From contig CBDCXM010000009.1 of NCBI GenBank assembly GCA_965223855.1, positions 1,760,001 to 1,824,000 of the forward strand: DNA of 64,000 bases, given 5' to 3'. This stretch comes from Candidatus Multivoradales bacterium. GTDB lineage: Bacteria > Acidobacteriota > Thermoanaerobaculia > Multivoradales > JAHEKO01. Under the pieces are notes generated by a model. It was not told the DNA's origin. It saw nothing but the letters and a program-made list of their open reading frames with translations, and ran no database searches. Below are positions 46,857 to 56,795 of this stretch, one piece after another (position 1 is the first letter of the stretch; each line of letters opens with the position of its first letter). A program made the position numbers and the translations under genes.

Positions 46857-47795
46857 ATGGAATTCTTCCGCAACACTCAGATCGACTTCATGCGCTGGCG
46901 GCGCATCTGCTTCGGGATGTCGATGATCCTGCTGGCGGTGGTCCTCATCTCCGATTTCGCCCGCAAGTCGCTCAATCTCGGGATCGACTTCGTCGGCGGC
47001 ACGCAGCTCACTGTGAAGTTCGCCGAAGTGCCTTCGATCGAGGACGTTCGCTCGCTGATGGAGGCGAACGGCATCGAGGACTCGGTGATCCAGCAGTTCG
47101 GCGAGGCGAGTGAGAACTCTCTGCTGATCAAGACGCCGCTGATTGAAGGGGCCGAGGAGGGGAGTCGCTCGCAGATCGTCAGCGTGCTCGAGACCCGCTT
47201 TCCGGACGGCGAGGCGACCGGAGCGTTCGAGGTTCTCGGCGCGGAGAACGTCGGCCCCCAGATCGGCTCGGAGCTGCGTCGCAGCAGCCTGCTGGCACTG
47301 ACCTGGGCGCTTCTTGGCATGCTCGGCTATATCTGGCTGCGCTTCGAGTTGCGCTTCGGCATCGGCGCCCTCGTGGCGGTGGTGCACGACGTGATGATCA
47401 CGCTCGGGCTCTTCGCGGCGGCCGGCTACGAGTTCAACCTGACGACGATCGCCGGCTTCCTGACCCTGGTCGGCTACTCGGTGAACGACTCGGTGGTGGT
47501 GTTCGACCGGGTGCGCGAGAACCTGCGCCAGAACCGGCGACTGACGCTGGTCGAGGTGATGAACCAGTCGCTCAACCAGACCCTCTCGCGCACGGTGCTG
47601 ACGTCCGGCACGACGCTGATCGCGGTCGGATGCCTGCTGTTCCTCGGCGGCGACGTGCTGCGCGGCTTCGCGTTCATCATCTGCGTCGGCGTGCTCATCG
47701 GTACTTACTCGTCGATCTACATCGCCTGCCCGATCGCGCTCCTGTGGGAGCGCTGGTTCGGCCGCGAGGCGCGCTCCCGCCGTCGCGCCGCCTGA
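46857..47795 (+). CDS. secF: Protein translocase subunit SecF
   Basis: LNLGIDFVGG, VGPQIGSEL, HDV, GYSVNDSVVVFDRVREN, GTYSSIYIA. Confidence 0.96.
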   Translation: MEFFRNTQIDFMRWRRICFGMSMILLAVVLISDFARKSLNLGIDFVGGTQLTVKFAEVPSIEDVRSLMEANGIEDSVIQQFGEASENSLLIKTPLIEGAEEGSRSQIVSVLETRFPDGEATGAFEVLGAENVGPQIGSELRRSSLLALTWALLGMLGYIWLRFELRFGIGALVAVVHDVMITLGLFAAAGYEFNLTTIAGFLTLVGYSVNDSVVVFDRVRENLRQNRRLTLVEVMNQSLNQTLSRTVLTSGTTLIAVGCLLFLGGDVLRGFAFIICVGVLIGTYSSIYIACPIALLWERWFGREARSRRRAA

Positions 47796-47890
47796 TCGCC
47801 GCACCGATCTCGCCACGACGCTGACGGAGCCTGCACCGCTCTGAGGGGCAGCGGGCGCACGCCTTGCGGCGGCGGTATATTGATGCCGCC

Positions 47891-50122
47891 ATGCCCTCCG
47901 TGCGCGAAAGACTGACGGGTGGAGGGGCGCCGCGACCGCCGGTCGAAGCGCCCGCGCGGGTGTCGTTCGACGACATCGTAGAGAGGCTCGAGGCGTCGGG
48001 TCGTGATTTCGATGCCGGGCTCCTCGCCCGCGTCCACGAGTTTTCGGCGGAGAAGCACGTCGATCAGAAGCGTCGCTCCGGTGAGCCGTACGTGACCCAC
48101 CCTATGCAGGTCGCTTTTGCGCTCGCGGACCTCGGTTTCGACGCGACCTGCGTAGCCGCCGGCCTGCTGCACGACGTCCTCGAGGACACGCTCGCCACCC
48201 GCGACGAGCTCGAGGAACGTTTCGGGCCGGACATCGCCGAGCTCGTCGAAGGCGTCACGAAGATCGGCCGTCACGAGTACGTACGGCGCGACCAGGCGCA
48301 GGCGGAGACCTTCCGCAAGCTCATCCTCGCCTCCGTCAAGGACGTTCGGGCGATTCTCGTCAAGCTTGCCGATCGCTGGCACAACATGACGACTCTCGAA
48401 CACCTGCCGTCGGAGTCGCGGCGCCGGATCGCTCGCGAGACGCTCGAGATCTATGCACCGATCGCACGCCGCCTAGGCATGTCGCGGGTCCAGGGTGATC
48501 TGGAAGATCTCGCCTTCTTTCACCTCTACCCGCACCAGTACACCGACCTCGCCGCCGGTCTGGAGGAGAAGAAGAAGACGGGTCGCAAGGTGGTGGAGGA
48601 GGTGCGAGAGCGCCTGGTGGAACGGCTGCAGGAGGCCGGAGTCGAGGCGGAGATCAGCTATCGGGTCAAGCGTTTCTACTCCATCTACACGAAGATGAGG
48701 CAGCGCGGGCTCGAACTCTCGCAGCTCTACGATTACGTCGCCTTTCGCATCCTCACGGCGGAGGTGAAGGACTGCTACGCAGCCCTCGGCGTGGTGCATC
48801 AGACCTGGCGACCGGTGCCCGGCCGGATCAAGGACTACATCGCGATGCCGAAGCCGAACCTCTATCAGTCGCTTCACACGACGCTGGTCGGCCGCGACGG
48901 CCACCCGTTCGAGGTGCAGATCCGCACCCGCGAGATGGATCGGATCGCCGAGCAGGGGATCGCCGCGCACTGGAGCTACAAGGAGGGTCTGCATCGTCCG
49001 GACGATCCCGAGGCCAACGTCGTCTGGCTGCGGCAGCTCGTCGAGTGGCAGAAGGAGGTCGAGGATCCGCGCGCCTTCATGACGGCCCTCAAGGTCGATC
49101 TCTATCCCGACGAGGTCTACGTCTTCACGCCCAAGGGAGACGTCTTCGCCTTCCCCTACGGTGCGACGCCGCTCGACTTCGCCTACCGGGTGCACACCGA
49201 GCTCGGACATCGATGCTCCGGTGCCAGGGTCAACGGCAAGTTGGTGCCGCTGCGTACGCGGCTCGAGAACGGCGACATCGTCGAGATCCTCACAGCGCAG
49301 AACCGGCAGCCGAGCCGCGACTGGCTCAAGTTCGTCGGCACGTCGCGGGCGAAGAGCAAGATCCGGCACTGGCTCAACACCGAACAGAAGAAGAGGTCGA
49401 TGGAGATTGGCCGCCGGTCGCTCGAGAAGGAGCTCAAGAAGCACCGTGTCGCCTACAAGCGCTTCGTCGACGAGCCGCGCCTCGCCGAGTTGCTGGTGCG
49501 CGACGGCTACGGCAACGTCGAGGATCTGCTGAGTGCGATCGGCTTCGGCAAGATCACGGTGCGGCAGGTGCTCGCGAGGGTGCTGTCCGAAGAGCAGCTC
49601 GAGACTCGCGAGGAGAAGCCGGGTCTGCTGCGCCAGGCGGTCGAGCGGATCCTGCCGTTCGGCAGCGACGCGGTGACGGTGAAGGGGCACGGCGACCTGC
49701 TCGCCTATCTTGCCAAGTGCTGCTCGCCGGTGCCGGGCGAAGAGGTGGTGGGGTACATCACCCGCGGCCGCGGGGTCTCGGTGCACTCGGTCGATTGCCC
49801 GAACGTGCAGAACCTGCTCTACAACCCTGAGCGCGAAATCGAGGTCGAGTGGGCGGGCGAGAAGGGGGAGGTCTTCCCGGTGGTGCTGAGGATCGAGACG
49901 GAGGATCGGCCGGGAGTGCTGGCGCGACTCACCGAGATCATCGCCAAGCACGGCAGCAACATCACGCAGATGGAGACCGACACGCGGGAGGCTCGGGAGA
50001 CGGGGCGGGCGACGATCGAGGTGGCGGTGGAGATTCGGGATCGGCGGCATCTGGAGAGGATTCGGCGGGCGGTGGCGGACAGTCCGGGGGTGCTGGCGGT
50101 GGATCGGCCTATGCGGGGGTAG
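47891..50122 (+). CDS. rel: Bifunctional (p)ppGpp synthetase/hydrolase (long RSH)
   Basis: RRSGEPY…HP, LLHDVLED, KLADR, YQSLHT, EVQIRT, TGS (FTPKG, DFAYRVH), CC motif and ACT (DRPGVL) domains. Confidence 0.95.
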   Translation: MPSVRERLTGGGAPRPPVEAPARVSFDDIVERLEASGRDFDAGLLARVHEFSAEKHVDQKRRSGEPYVTHPMQVAFALADLGFDATCVAAGLLHDVLEDTLATRDELEERFGPDIAELVEGVTKIGRHEYVRRDQAQAETFRKLILASVKDVRAILVKLADRWHNMTTLEHLPSESRRRIARETLEIYAPIARRLGMSRVQGDLEDLAFFHLYPHQYTDLAAGLEEKKKTGRKVVEEVRERLVERLQEAGVEAEISYRVKRFYSIYTKMRQRGLELSQLYDYVAFRILTAEVKDCYAALGVVHQTWRPVPGRIKDYIAMPKPNLYQSLHTTLVGRDGHPFEVQIRTREMDRIAEQGIAAHWSYKEGLHRPDDPEANVVWLRQLVEWQKEVEDPRAFMTALKVDLYPDEVYVFTPKGDVFAFPYGATPLDFAYRVHTELGHRCSGARVNGKLVPLRTRLENGDIVEILTAQNRQPSRDWLKFVGTSRAKSKIRHWLNTEQKKRSMEIGRRSLEKELKKHRVAYKRFVDEPRLAELLVRDGYGNVEDLLSAIGFGKITVRQVLARVLSEEQLETREEKPGLLRQAVERILPFGSDAVTVKGHGDLLAYLAKCCSPVPGEEVVGYITRGRGVSVHSVDCPNVQNLLYNPEREIEVEWAGEKGEVFPVVLRIETEDRPGVLARLTEIIAKHGSNITQMETDTREARETGRATIEVAVEIRDRRHLERIRRAVADSPGVLAVDRPMRG

Positions 50123-50137
50123 GTGTGGCTTGGAGCC

Positions 50138-50313
50138 GGTCCTCCTCGGGGATGGGATCGGCCGGCCGGGGGGACGCTCGCGCGTACTCGGTGATTGGGT
50201 GGGCAGCGCGCGGCTCTCTTGGCCTTCGCCGGGGGGCGGTTCAGGTAGCTGTGTGATCGGAGGGCTCGGCCAAGAGCCCCCCGGCTCGGTCGATCCCATC
50301 CCCGCGGAGGACC
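50138..50313. repeat. 176-bp structured intergenic element with a ~36-bp terminal inverted repeat
   Basis: GGTCCTCCTCGGGGATGGGATCGGCCGGCCGGGGGG (50138-50173) pairs with 50277-50313; inner stem CTCTTGGCC/GGCCAAGAG. Confidence 0.8.
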
Positions 50314-50528
50314 TACGGTTGGTGAAGTGACGCCACGGTTTACGTGGCCTCTCGCCCGGCTCGAGCCCTGTGTCGGCGAGCGGGCGCGCAGCTTCGTGTT
50401 CCAGGAGGCGTGGCGGCCGCCGATCCCGAGGGGTGGAGGGAGGAGGGAGAGGGAGAGCGAATGCGCTCGAAAAACGGCTGATCGGGTGCCGGATTTTGTG
50501 AGATCGGCCGTTCCTGTGCATGCGTGCC

Positions 50529-50557
50529 TTGACACCCCCAGGGCATGCTGCTACGTT
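50529..50557 (+). promoter_or_regulatory. Sigma70-type promoter of the pilMNOPQ operon
   Basis: TTGACA (50529-50534), 17-bp spacer, extended -10 TGc-TACGTT (50552-50557), about 65 nt upstream of pilM. Confidence 0.7.
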
Positions 50558-50621
50558 GCGATCGTTTCTGACCCCAAGCCGGTAACTGCGATAATCAAAG
50601 TGTTTTTGGGATCGCGAGGGC

Positions 50622-51680
50622 ATGTTCTGGAATAAGACCAAAGGAGTCGTCGGCCTCGATATCGGGAGCTCGTCCATCAAGCTGGTCGAGCTGAAGGCGC
50701 GCAAGAATGGCGAGTACGTCCTGCAGCGGGTCGGCATCGAGCCGCTGTCTCAGGAGGCGATCGTCGATGGGTCGATCATGGACTCGTCTCTGGTCGTCGA
50801 TGCGATCGCCAAGCTCGCCGCCGAAACGGGGGCTCGTTCGCCGAGTTTCGCAACGTCGGTTTCCGGACACTCGGTGATCATCAAGAAGATTCAGATCCCT
50901 CCGATGTCGCAGGAGGAGCTCGCCGAGTCGATCCAGTGGGAGGCGGAGCAGTACATCCCGTTCGACATCAACGACGTGCGGCTCGACTACCTGGTGCTGT
51001 CCGACGGCGAGTTCGGCAACGACTCGATGGAGGTGCTGCTCGTCGCCGTCAAGCGCGACAAGGTCAACGACTACGTGTCGGTGATCACGCAGAGCGGCAA
51101 GACGGCCGCGGTCGTCGATCTCGACGCGTTCGCCGTGCAGAATGCCTACGAGCTGAACTACGACGTGCCGACCTCGAAGGTCGTGGCGCTGGTGAACATG
51201 GGCGCGGCGGTGACGACGATCAACATCCTCGCCCGCGGCCAGACGGTGTTCTGGAGAGACCTGTCGATCGGCGGCAACGACTTCACGGAGGCGTTGCAGC
51301 GCGAGTACGGGCTCTCGTTCGAACAGGCGGAGCGGGTCAAGCGTGGCGAGCAGGTCGAGAAGTGCTCGCCGGCCGAGGCGCGCCCGGTGCTCGACGCGGT
51401 GTCGAGCGACATGGCGGCCGAGGTTCAGAAGACGTTCGACTTCTTCGCCGCGACGGCGGCGGAGGATTCGGTATCGCAGCTCGTGCTCTCTGGAGGCTGC
51501 GCCCTGACGCCCAACCTCCAGAACGTGCTCGAGGAGCAGTTCGGGGTCCCGACGGAGTTCATGGACCCGCTGCGCCGTGTCGAGTACAGCGAGAGCAACT
51601 TTGACGGGCAGTGGCTTCGATCGGTGGCGCCGACCTTGTCGGTGGCGGTCGGCCTGGCCCTGCGCAGGTTGGGGGACTGA
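50622..51680 (+). CDS. pilM: Type IV pilus assembly protein PilM
   Basis: VGLDIGSSSIK, WEAEQYIPF, VLSGGCA, AVGLALR (actin-like fold). Confidence 0.95.
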   Translation: MFWNKTKGVVGLDIGSSSIKLVELKARKNGEYVLQRVGIEPLSQEAIVDGSIMDSSLVVDAIAKLAAETGARSPSFATSVSGHSVIIKKIQIPPMSQEELAESIQWEAEQYIPFDINDVRLDYLVLSDGEFGNDSMEVLLVAVKRDKVNDYVSVITQSGKTAAVVDLDAFAVQNAYELNYDVPTSKVVALVNMGAAVTTINILARGQTVFWRDLSIGGNDFTEALQREYGLSFEQAERVKRGEQVEKCSPAEARPVLDAVSSDMAAEVQKTFDFFAATAAEDSVSQLVLSGGCALTPNLQNVLEEQFGVPTEFMDPLRRVEYSESNFDGQWLRSVAPTLSVAVGLALRRLGD

Positions 51681-51686
51681 CCGGCC

Positions 51687-52361
51687 ATGATTCGCATCAA
51701 TCTAGTCGGTGAGGCCAGAAAGCCGGTCGCGGTTCGCACGAGCGGGCCGTCGTTCGGCGGCGACGGCGAGAGCCGTGCGGCCGACTGGGCGCTTCTGGCC
51801 GTCGCTGTGCTCGGGCTCCTGGTGGTGCTCGGGCACTTCCTGATGTTGCGGCATCAGATCAATCAGAAGAAGGAAGAGGTCGCCGAGGCTCAGGTCGAGG
51901 TCGATCGACTGGAGCCGATCATCCGCGAGGTCGAGGCGTTCAAGGCGAAGAAGAGGCGGCTCGAGAACAAGGTTCAGGTGATCTCCGATCTCAAGGCGAA
52001 CCAGGAAGGGCCCGTCTCGGTCATGGACAAGGTCTCCCGGGCCTTGCCGCAGTTGACCTGGCTGACGCGGATGGAGGTACGGACCACGAGCCTCCGGCTG
52101 ACCGGGCAGGCGTACAACACCAACGCCATCGCCTCGTTCATCGAGAACCTGGATCGGGTGCCGGAGTTCAAGGAACCTCGCCTGCGAGACACGACTCAGC
52201 GCGGGGAGGTGTACACCTTCGTCATCGAGTGTCAGTACCTGACGCCCGCGGTGTTGCGGCGCCAGGCGCTTCAGGAGGCGAGCGCCGCGCAGGCGGGCTC
52301 TGCGGCGCCGGCGACCGACGACGGCGCTCTCGACGAGACAAGTGAGGGGCAGGATGGCTGA
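51687..52361 (+). CDS. pilN: Type IV pilus assembly protein PilN
   Basis: MIRINL N-terminus, TM segment, coiled coil, WLT…G.A. Confidence 0.9.
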   Translation: MIRINLVGEARKPVAVRTSGPSFGGDGESRAADWALLAVAVLGLLVVLGHFLMLRHQINQKKEEVAEAQVEVDRLEPIIREVEAFKAKKRRLENKVQVISDLKANQEGPVSVMDKVSRALPQLTWLTRMEVRTTSLRLTGQAYNTNAIASFIENLDRVPEFKEPRLRDTTQRGEVYTFVIECQYLTPAVLRRQALQEASAAQAGSAAPATDDGALDETSEGQDG

Positions 52362-52968
52362 TTTCAATACCGGCCTGGAAGGCAAGCCCTGGTACATGGG
52401 CGCCGTCCTCGGGCTCGTCCTCGTGGGCGTCATCTACTTCCTCGTCCATCAGTTCAAGCTCGAGGATCAGAAGACCCAGCTCCAGCGCCAGGAGAACAAG
52501 CTGGCGGAGCTGCAGCTCAAGATTCAGGAAGGTCGCGCCGCTCAGGCACAGCTCCCTCGCTTCCGCGAGGAGGTTCGCCAGCTCGAGCTCGAGCTCGACC
52601 AGCTCCTCCGGATTCTGCCGGCGCGCCGCAACACCCAGGAGCTCCTGCGCCGCATCCGCTCGCTGACCGAGCAGGGTGACTTCAACCTGCAACGCTTCAC
52701 CCCCGGCGGCGAGATCGACAAGGACTTCTACAGCGAGTGGCCGATCCAGATCAATCTTCAAGGGACCTACCACAACCTCGCTCAGCTCTTCGACAAGGTG
52801 AGTCGCTTCTCGCGCATCATCAACATCGAGAACCTGAAGATCGACCAGCTCAAGCGGGAGGGGAGTCGGCACTCGCTGTCGGCGAGCTTCCGGGCGAAGA
52901 CCTTCATCTACAAGGATCCGCCCCTCGAAGAGACGACCGCCGGGACGGGTGCGGGGGCCGGGCGATGA
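52354..52968 (+). CDS. pilO: Type IV pilus assembly protein PilO
   Basis: TM segment, coiled coil, ILP, FYSEWPI…GTYHNL…F…SRII. Confidence 0.92.
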   Translation: MADFNTGLEGKPWYMGAVLGLVLVGVIYFLVHQFKLEDQKTQLQRQENKLAELQLKIQEGRAAQAQLPRFREEVRQLELELDQLLRILPARRNTQELLRRIRSLTEQGDFNLQRFTPGGEIDKDFYSEWPIQINLQGTYHNLAQLFDKVSRFSRIINIENLKIDQLKREGSRHSLSASFRAKTFIYKDPPLEETTAGTGAGAGR

Positions 52969-53471
52969 AGCGCTGGTGGATAGTGGTCGTGCTGGCGGTC
53001 CTGGCTCTTCCGGCGGCACCGGTCGTCATCGCTCAGGACGACTTCGACGACGAAGACGAGACCTCGCGTCCCCGGCTGGACGAGGCGGCGATCGACGCCA
53101 TCCTCGAAGAGGACGAGCAGGTGTTCGCCGGGCGCGGCTACGGCTACGACCCGGGCGACCGACGAGATCCGTTCCGCTCGCTGCTGCGGGATCCGGGCAA
53201 TCTCGCCGATCGTGGACCCCGGCCCGATGGGATCCCCGGCCTGATGATCGGGGAGATCGACGTCACGGGCGTGTACGTGCTGCCCGAAGGGCCGGTGGCC
53301 CAGGTGCAGACTTCCGATCGCGATCGCAGCTACCTGCTGCGCGCTGGCGACAAGCTCTTCGACGGCGACGTCGTGAGCGTTTCACTCGACGAAATCGTGT
53401 TTCGTCAGATTCTCGACGATCCGACCGCGCTGACCCCATTCCGAGAAGTGGTCAAGCGGCTCAATCCGTAG
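52965..53471 (+). CDS. pilP: PilP-like protein
   Basis: YDPGDRRDPFRSL motif and GD…G.V..V beta domain; lies between pilO and pilQ. Confidence 0.75.
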   Translation: MKRWWIVVVLAVLALPAAPVVIAQDDFDDEDETSRPRLDEAAIDAILEEDEQVFAGRGYGYDPGDRRDPFRSLLRDPGNLADRGPRPDGIPGLMIGEIDVTGVYVLPEGPVAQVQTSDRDRSYLLRAGDKLFDGDVVSVSLDEIVFRQILDDPTALTPFREVVKRLNP

Positions 53472-53489
53472 CCTGAGGGAGGCGGCAGG

Positions 53490-56207
53490 ATGCGAAGCAA
53501 CGGGAACAGATTTGAACCGGCGGTCGTCACGCTCTGCGTGGTGATGCTCCTTGCGGGGTGTGCCTCGAGCGGTCCGACGGAGATGCTCGCGACACGGCCC
53601 GAGCCGGTCGAACCGGAAGGGCAGGTCGCTAACGCGGTCGAGCCTTCGAGCGTTTCGATCGACGGCATCGAGGTCGATCAGGACGGCTCGGCGGCCCGCA
53701 TCGCCGTTCAGACCAGTGAGGCTCTGGTCTGGACGACTTATCGGGACGACCAGGGACGGCTCGTGATCGAGCTGCCGAACTCTCGTCCGGCCGACAGGGT
53801 CGCGGGAGCTCAGGCTTACGACGGACTGGTGGAGAGCCTGCTCGTGACCAGCGAGTCGGTCGCCAATCGCCCTTTGACCCGCGTGACGATCGTCACCCGC
53901 TCCGAAGCCGAGCACGCCGTGACCGCTGCCGAAGGCGGTCTCGAGATCGAGCTCGGCTCGGCTGCCGCCCTCGCCGCTCTCGCCGGCAGCGCCGCGCCGT
54001 CGACCGAGACGGTCGCCGCTGTGGCGCCGGTGATGGAAGAGGAGCTCGGGACGGTGGATGAAGCTGCGGCGGTCGAATCCGAGGTTGCCGAGGTCGCGGT
54101 CGAGGAAACCGGCGCCGCCGACACCACCGTCTGGCAGGCTGCGGACCTGGCGGATGACGCCGTGCCGCTCGAGGAAGCCGAGGCGGTCGCCGCCACCGTG
54201 GAAACCGAGCCGTGGACCGAGAACGGCCGCTCTCATGAAGCGGTCGGACAGGCGGCGACGGAGCTGCGCGACATCGATGTCGTCAGCATGGACAACAGCG
54301 TCGTCGTGCGGATTCTCGGAGACGGAGAGTTCAGCTACGAAACACTCTCTCTGGAGGCGCCCTATCGCTATGTGATCGATCTGGCGGGCGTCGCCAATTT
54401 CGCGCCCCGCGGCACCTATTCCGCAGGCGGTGCGCCGGTCGAGCAGGTGAGAGTCGCCCAGTTCAAGTCGGAGCCGACCCCCGTGTCGCGCGTCGTCGTC
54501 GATCTCGCCTACCCCTCGACCCCGGAACTGGTCGGCCTTCCCGACGGCCTGGCGCTGAGCTTCGGCGGTGAAGCCGCAGCCAACTGGTCCGAGCCGACGA
54601 CATTGTGGGAGGACGTCAGCACCGACGCCGCTGCGGAGGACGTCGCGGCGACCCAGGTATACGAGGAGGCCCCGGCCGCCTACGAAGAGTCCGAGTGGCA
54701 GGAGAGCGCCGATACCGCCGCCTTCGAGCCGGTGGTCGAATCGGCACCCATGGAGCCGACCGTCGTGACTCAGGTCGCCCAGGTGGCCGACGAGCCCATG
54801 GCCGACGAGCCGATGGCACCGGAGCCGATGATGGAAGAGCCGGTCGAGGACTACACCCCGGTCGTCGAGGCGACGCCCGAGGCTCCGATGCCGCCGCCCG
54901 CGCCCGTGAACATCCAGCTGTCCGAGACTCCGGCCGGCGACCAGTCGGACGTGCTCACGGCACGCGAGAGCGACACGGGCGGTCAGAAGGTCTACCGCGG
55001 CGAGCCGATTACGCTGCGTCTGCGCGACGCCGACATCCGCGACCTGCTCCGCTCGTTCTCCGAGTTCAGCGGTCTCAACTTCGTGATCCAGCCGGGTGTG
55101 CGCGGCACCGTGACGGTCGAGCTGACCGACGTCCCGTGGGACCAGGCGCTCGATCTCATCCTCAAGACGAACGACCTCGGCTACGAGCTCGAGGGCAACA
55201 TTCTGCGCATCGCGCCGCTCTCGAAGCTGCGGGCAGAGGCTGAAGAGGAGCAGAAGCTCAGGGCGGCGCAGGCGGAGGCGGTACCGCTCGCCTTCGTGAT
55301 CCGCCGCATCAGCTATGCCAACGCGGCGTCGATCGCCAACGTCCTGCGCAGTGGCAACGCCAGCGTCATGAGCCGCCGCGGGTCGGTTGCCGTCGATCAG
55401 CGCACCAACACCCTGATCATCAAGGAGCTGCCGAACTTCATCGACACCGTGATCGCGGTGATCGAGACGCTCGACATTCCGGAGCCGCAGGTGATGATCG
55501 AGGCGCGCATTATCGAGACCACCAAGCGGTTCAGCAGGACGCTCGGTATCTCCTGGGGATTCGACGCCATCGCCAGCGCTGCCACGGGGAACACGACCAA
55601 CCTCGTCTTCCCGAACAACGGTACCGCTTCGGGTGGAGTGAATCTCGGCACGGCCGGCAACGGCTCGCTCGGCATCACGCTGGGTAACGTGCTCAACACC
55701 TTCCAGCTCGACGTGGCGTTGCAGGCCGCGGAGAACGAGGGTCTGATCAACATCCTGTCGGCGCCCAAGATCACGACGCTCAACAACGAGGCTGCGTCCA
55801 TCCAGAGCGGTCTCCAGATCCCGATTCAGACGCTGTCGAACAACACGGTGAGCGTGCAGTTCGTCAACGCGACCCTCCAACTCCAGGTCACGCCTCACGT
55901 GACGGCGGAGGGGACGGTGCTGATGGACATCGACATCCAGAAGAAGGAGCCGCTGCTGGCGTTCGCCGTGCAGGGCGCTTCGAACGCCCCGATCTCGACC
56001 AAGGACGCCCGCACGCGGGTTCTGGTTCGCGACGGTGGCACGACGGTGATCGGCGGAATCTACGAGGTGACCTCGGACGAAGGCTCGGACAAGGTGCCGG
56101 GTCTGTCGAGGATTCCGCTGCTCAGGAACCTGTTCAAGAACAATCGGCAGAGTGAAGAGAACGAAGAGCTACTGATCTTCATCACGCCGCGCGTCATCAA
56201 ACTCTAG
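53490..56207 (+). CDS. pilQ: Type IV pilus secretin PilQ
   Basis: AMIN-like regions, YRGEPITL…DADIRD, VPWDQALD, PQVMIEARI, LSAPKITT, ELLIFITPRV. Confidence 0.95.
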   Translation: MRSNGNRFEPAVVTLCVVMLLAGCASSGPTEMLATRPEPVEPEGQVANAVEPSSVSIDGIEVDQDGSAARIAVQTSEALVWTTYRDDQGRLVIELPNSRPADRVAGAQAYDGLVESLLVTSESVANRPLTRVTIVTRSEAEHAVTAAEGGLEIELGSAAALAALAGSAAPSTETVAAVAPVMEEELGTVDEAAAVESEVAEVAVEETGAADTTVWQAADLADDAVPLEEAEAVAATVETEPWTENGRSHEAVGQAATELRDIDVVSMDNSVVVRILGDGEFSYETLSLEAPYRYVIDLAGVANFAPRGTYSAGGAPVEQVRVAQFKSEPTPVSRVVVDLAYPSTPELVGLPDGLALSFGGEAAANWSEPTTLWEDVSTDAAAEDVAATQVYEEAPAAYEESEWQESADTAAFEPVVESAPMEPTVVTQVAQVADEPMADEPMAPEPMMEEPVEDYTPVVEATPEAPMPPPAPVNIQLSETPAGDQSDVLTARESDTGGQKVYRGEPITLRLRDADIRDLLRSFSEFSGLNFVIQPGVRGTVTVELTDVPWDQALDLILKTNDLGYELEGNILRIAPLSKLRAEAEEEQKLRAAQAEAVPLAFVIRRISYANAASIANVLRSGNASVMSRRGSVAVDQRTNTLIIKELPNFIDTVIAVIETLDIPEPQVMIEARIIETTKRFSRTLGISWGFDAIASAATGNTTNLVFPNNGTASGGVNLGTAGNGSLGITLGNVLNTFQLDVALQAAENEGLINILSAPKITTLNNEAASIQSGLQIPIQTLSNNTVSVQFVNATLQLQVTPHVTAEGTVLMDIDIQKKEPLLAFAVQGASNAPISTKDARTRVLVRDGGTTVIGGIYEVTSDEGSDKVPGLSRIPLLRNLFKNNRQSEENEELLIFITPRVIKL

Positions 56208-56227
56208 GTGGATCGGGAGGCTCTCCA

Positions 56228-56776
56228 ATGACCCGTGTCAGCAAGCTGCTTCTTGCGCTCCTTCTCGTTCTCGTCGTTCCGGCGTGCGACAACCGCACCG
56301 AAGGTACGGACGGCGGCGGCGTGCTGCTGTCGATCGAAGACTTCGACGGCCTGCCGATCGTGGTCGGCGTCAACACCACGAATCTCGTGCAGATCGGAGA
56401 GCTGACGATTTCCAACGTGCCGAAGATTCCCGGTGGGCAGACGAGCGATCTCATGAACGTCGAGATTCACTCCTACGAAGTGACGTACACCCGAGCCGAC
56501 CGCGGCACCCGGATCCCGGTGCCATTCGTTCGCGGCATCTTCGGCGTGGCTCCGGTCGGTGGCACCTACACCCTCGAGGGCGCGCCGATCATGGGCCTCG
56601 ACCAGCTCGACAGGTTGCCGCTTTCGGACCTGCTGTTCGAGAACGGCGGCGTCGACACCGAGACCGGAGAATCGCGCATCGTCCTCAACTGCCGCCTGCG
56701 CTTCTTCGGCAGAACACTCTCCGGAGACGAGGTCGAAACGGCCCCCGCCTCCTTCACCATCGACTTCGTACCCTGA
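56228..56776 (+). CDS. Hypothetical lipoprotein
   Basis: Lipobox-like VVPAC after a hydrophobic stretch; beta-rich; GGAGG RBS. Confidence 0.7.
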   Translation: MTRVSKLLLALLLVLVVPACDNRTEGTDGGGVLLSIEDFDGLPIVVGVNTTNLVQIGELTISNVPKIPGGQTSDLMNVEIHSYEVTYTRADRGTRIPVPFVRGIFGVAPVGGTYTLEGAPIMGLDQLDRLPLSDLLFENGGVDTETGESRIVLNCRLRFFGRTLSGDEVETAPASFTIDFVP

Positions 56777-56795
56777 TCGGATCCGGGAGAAGACC

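Noticed and set aside
53382-55898. 838-aa minus-strand ORF, and similar long antisense ORFs such as 48473-50737, 17294-18889 and 29000-30610
   Set aside because: Shadow frames of well-supported genes in high-GC DNA; Arg/Gly/His-rich with no recognisable motifs
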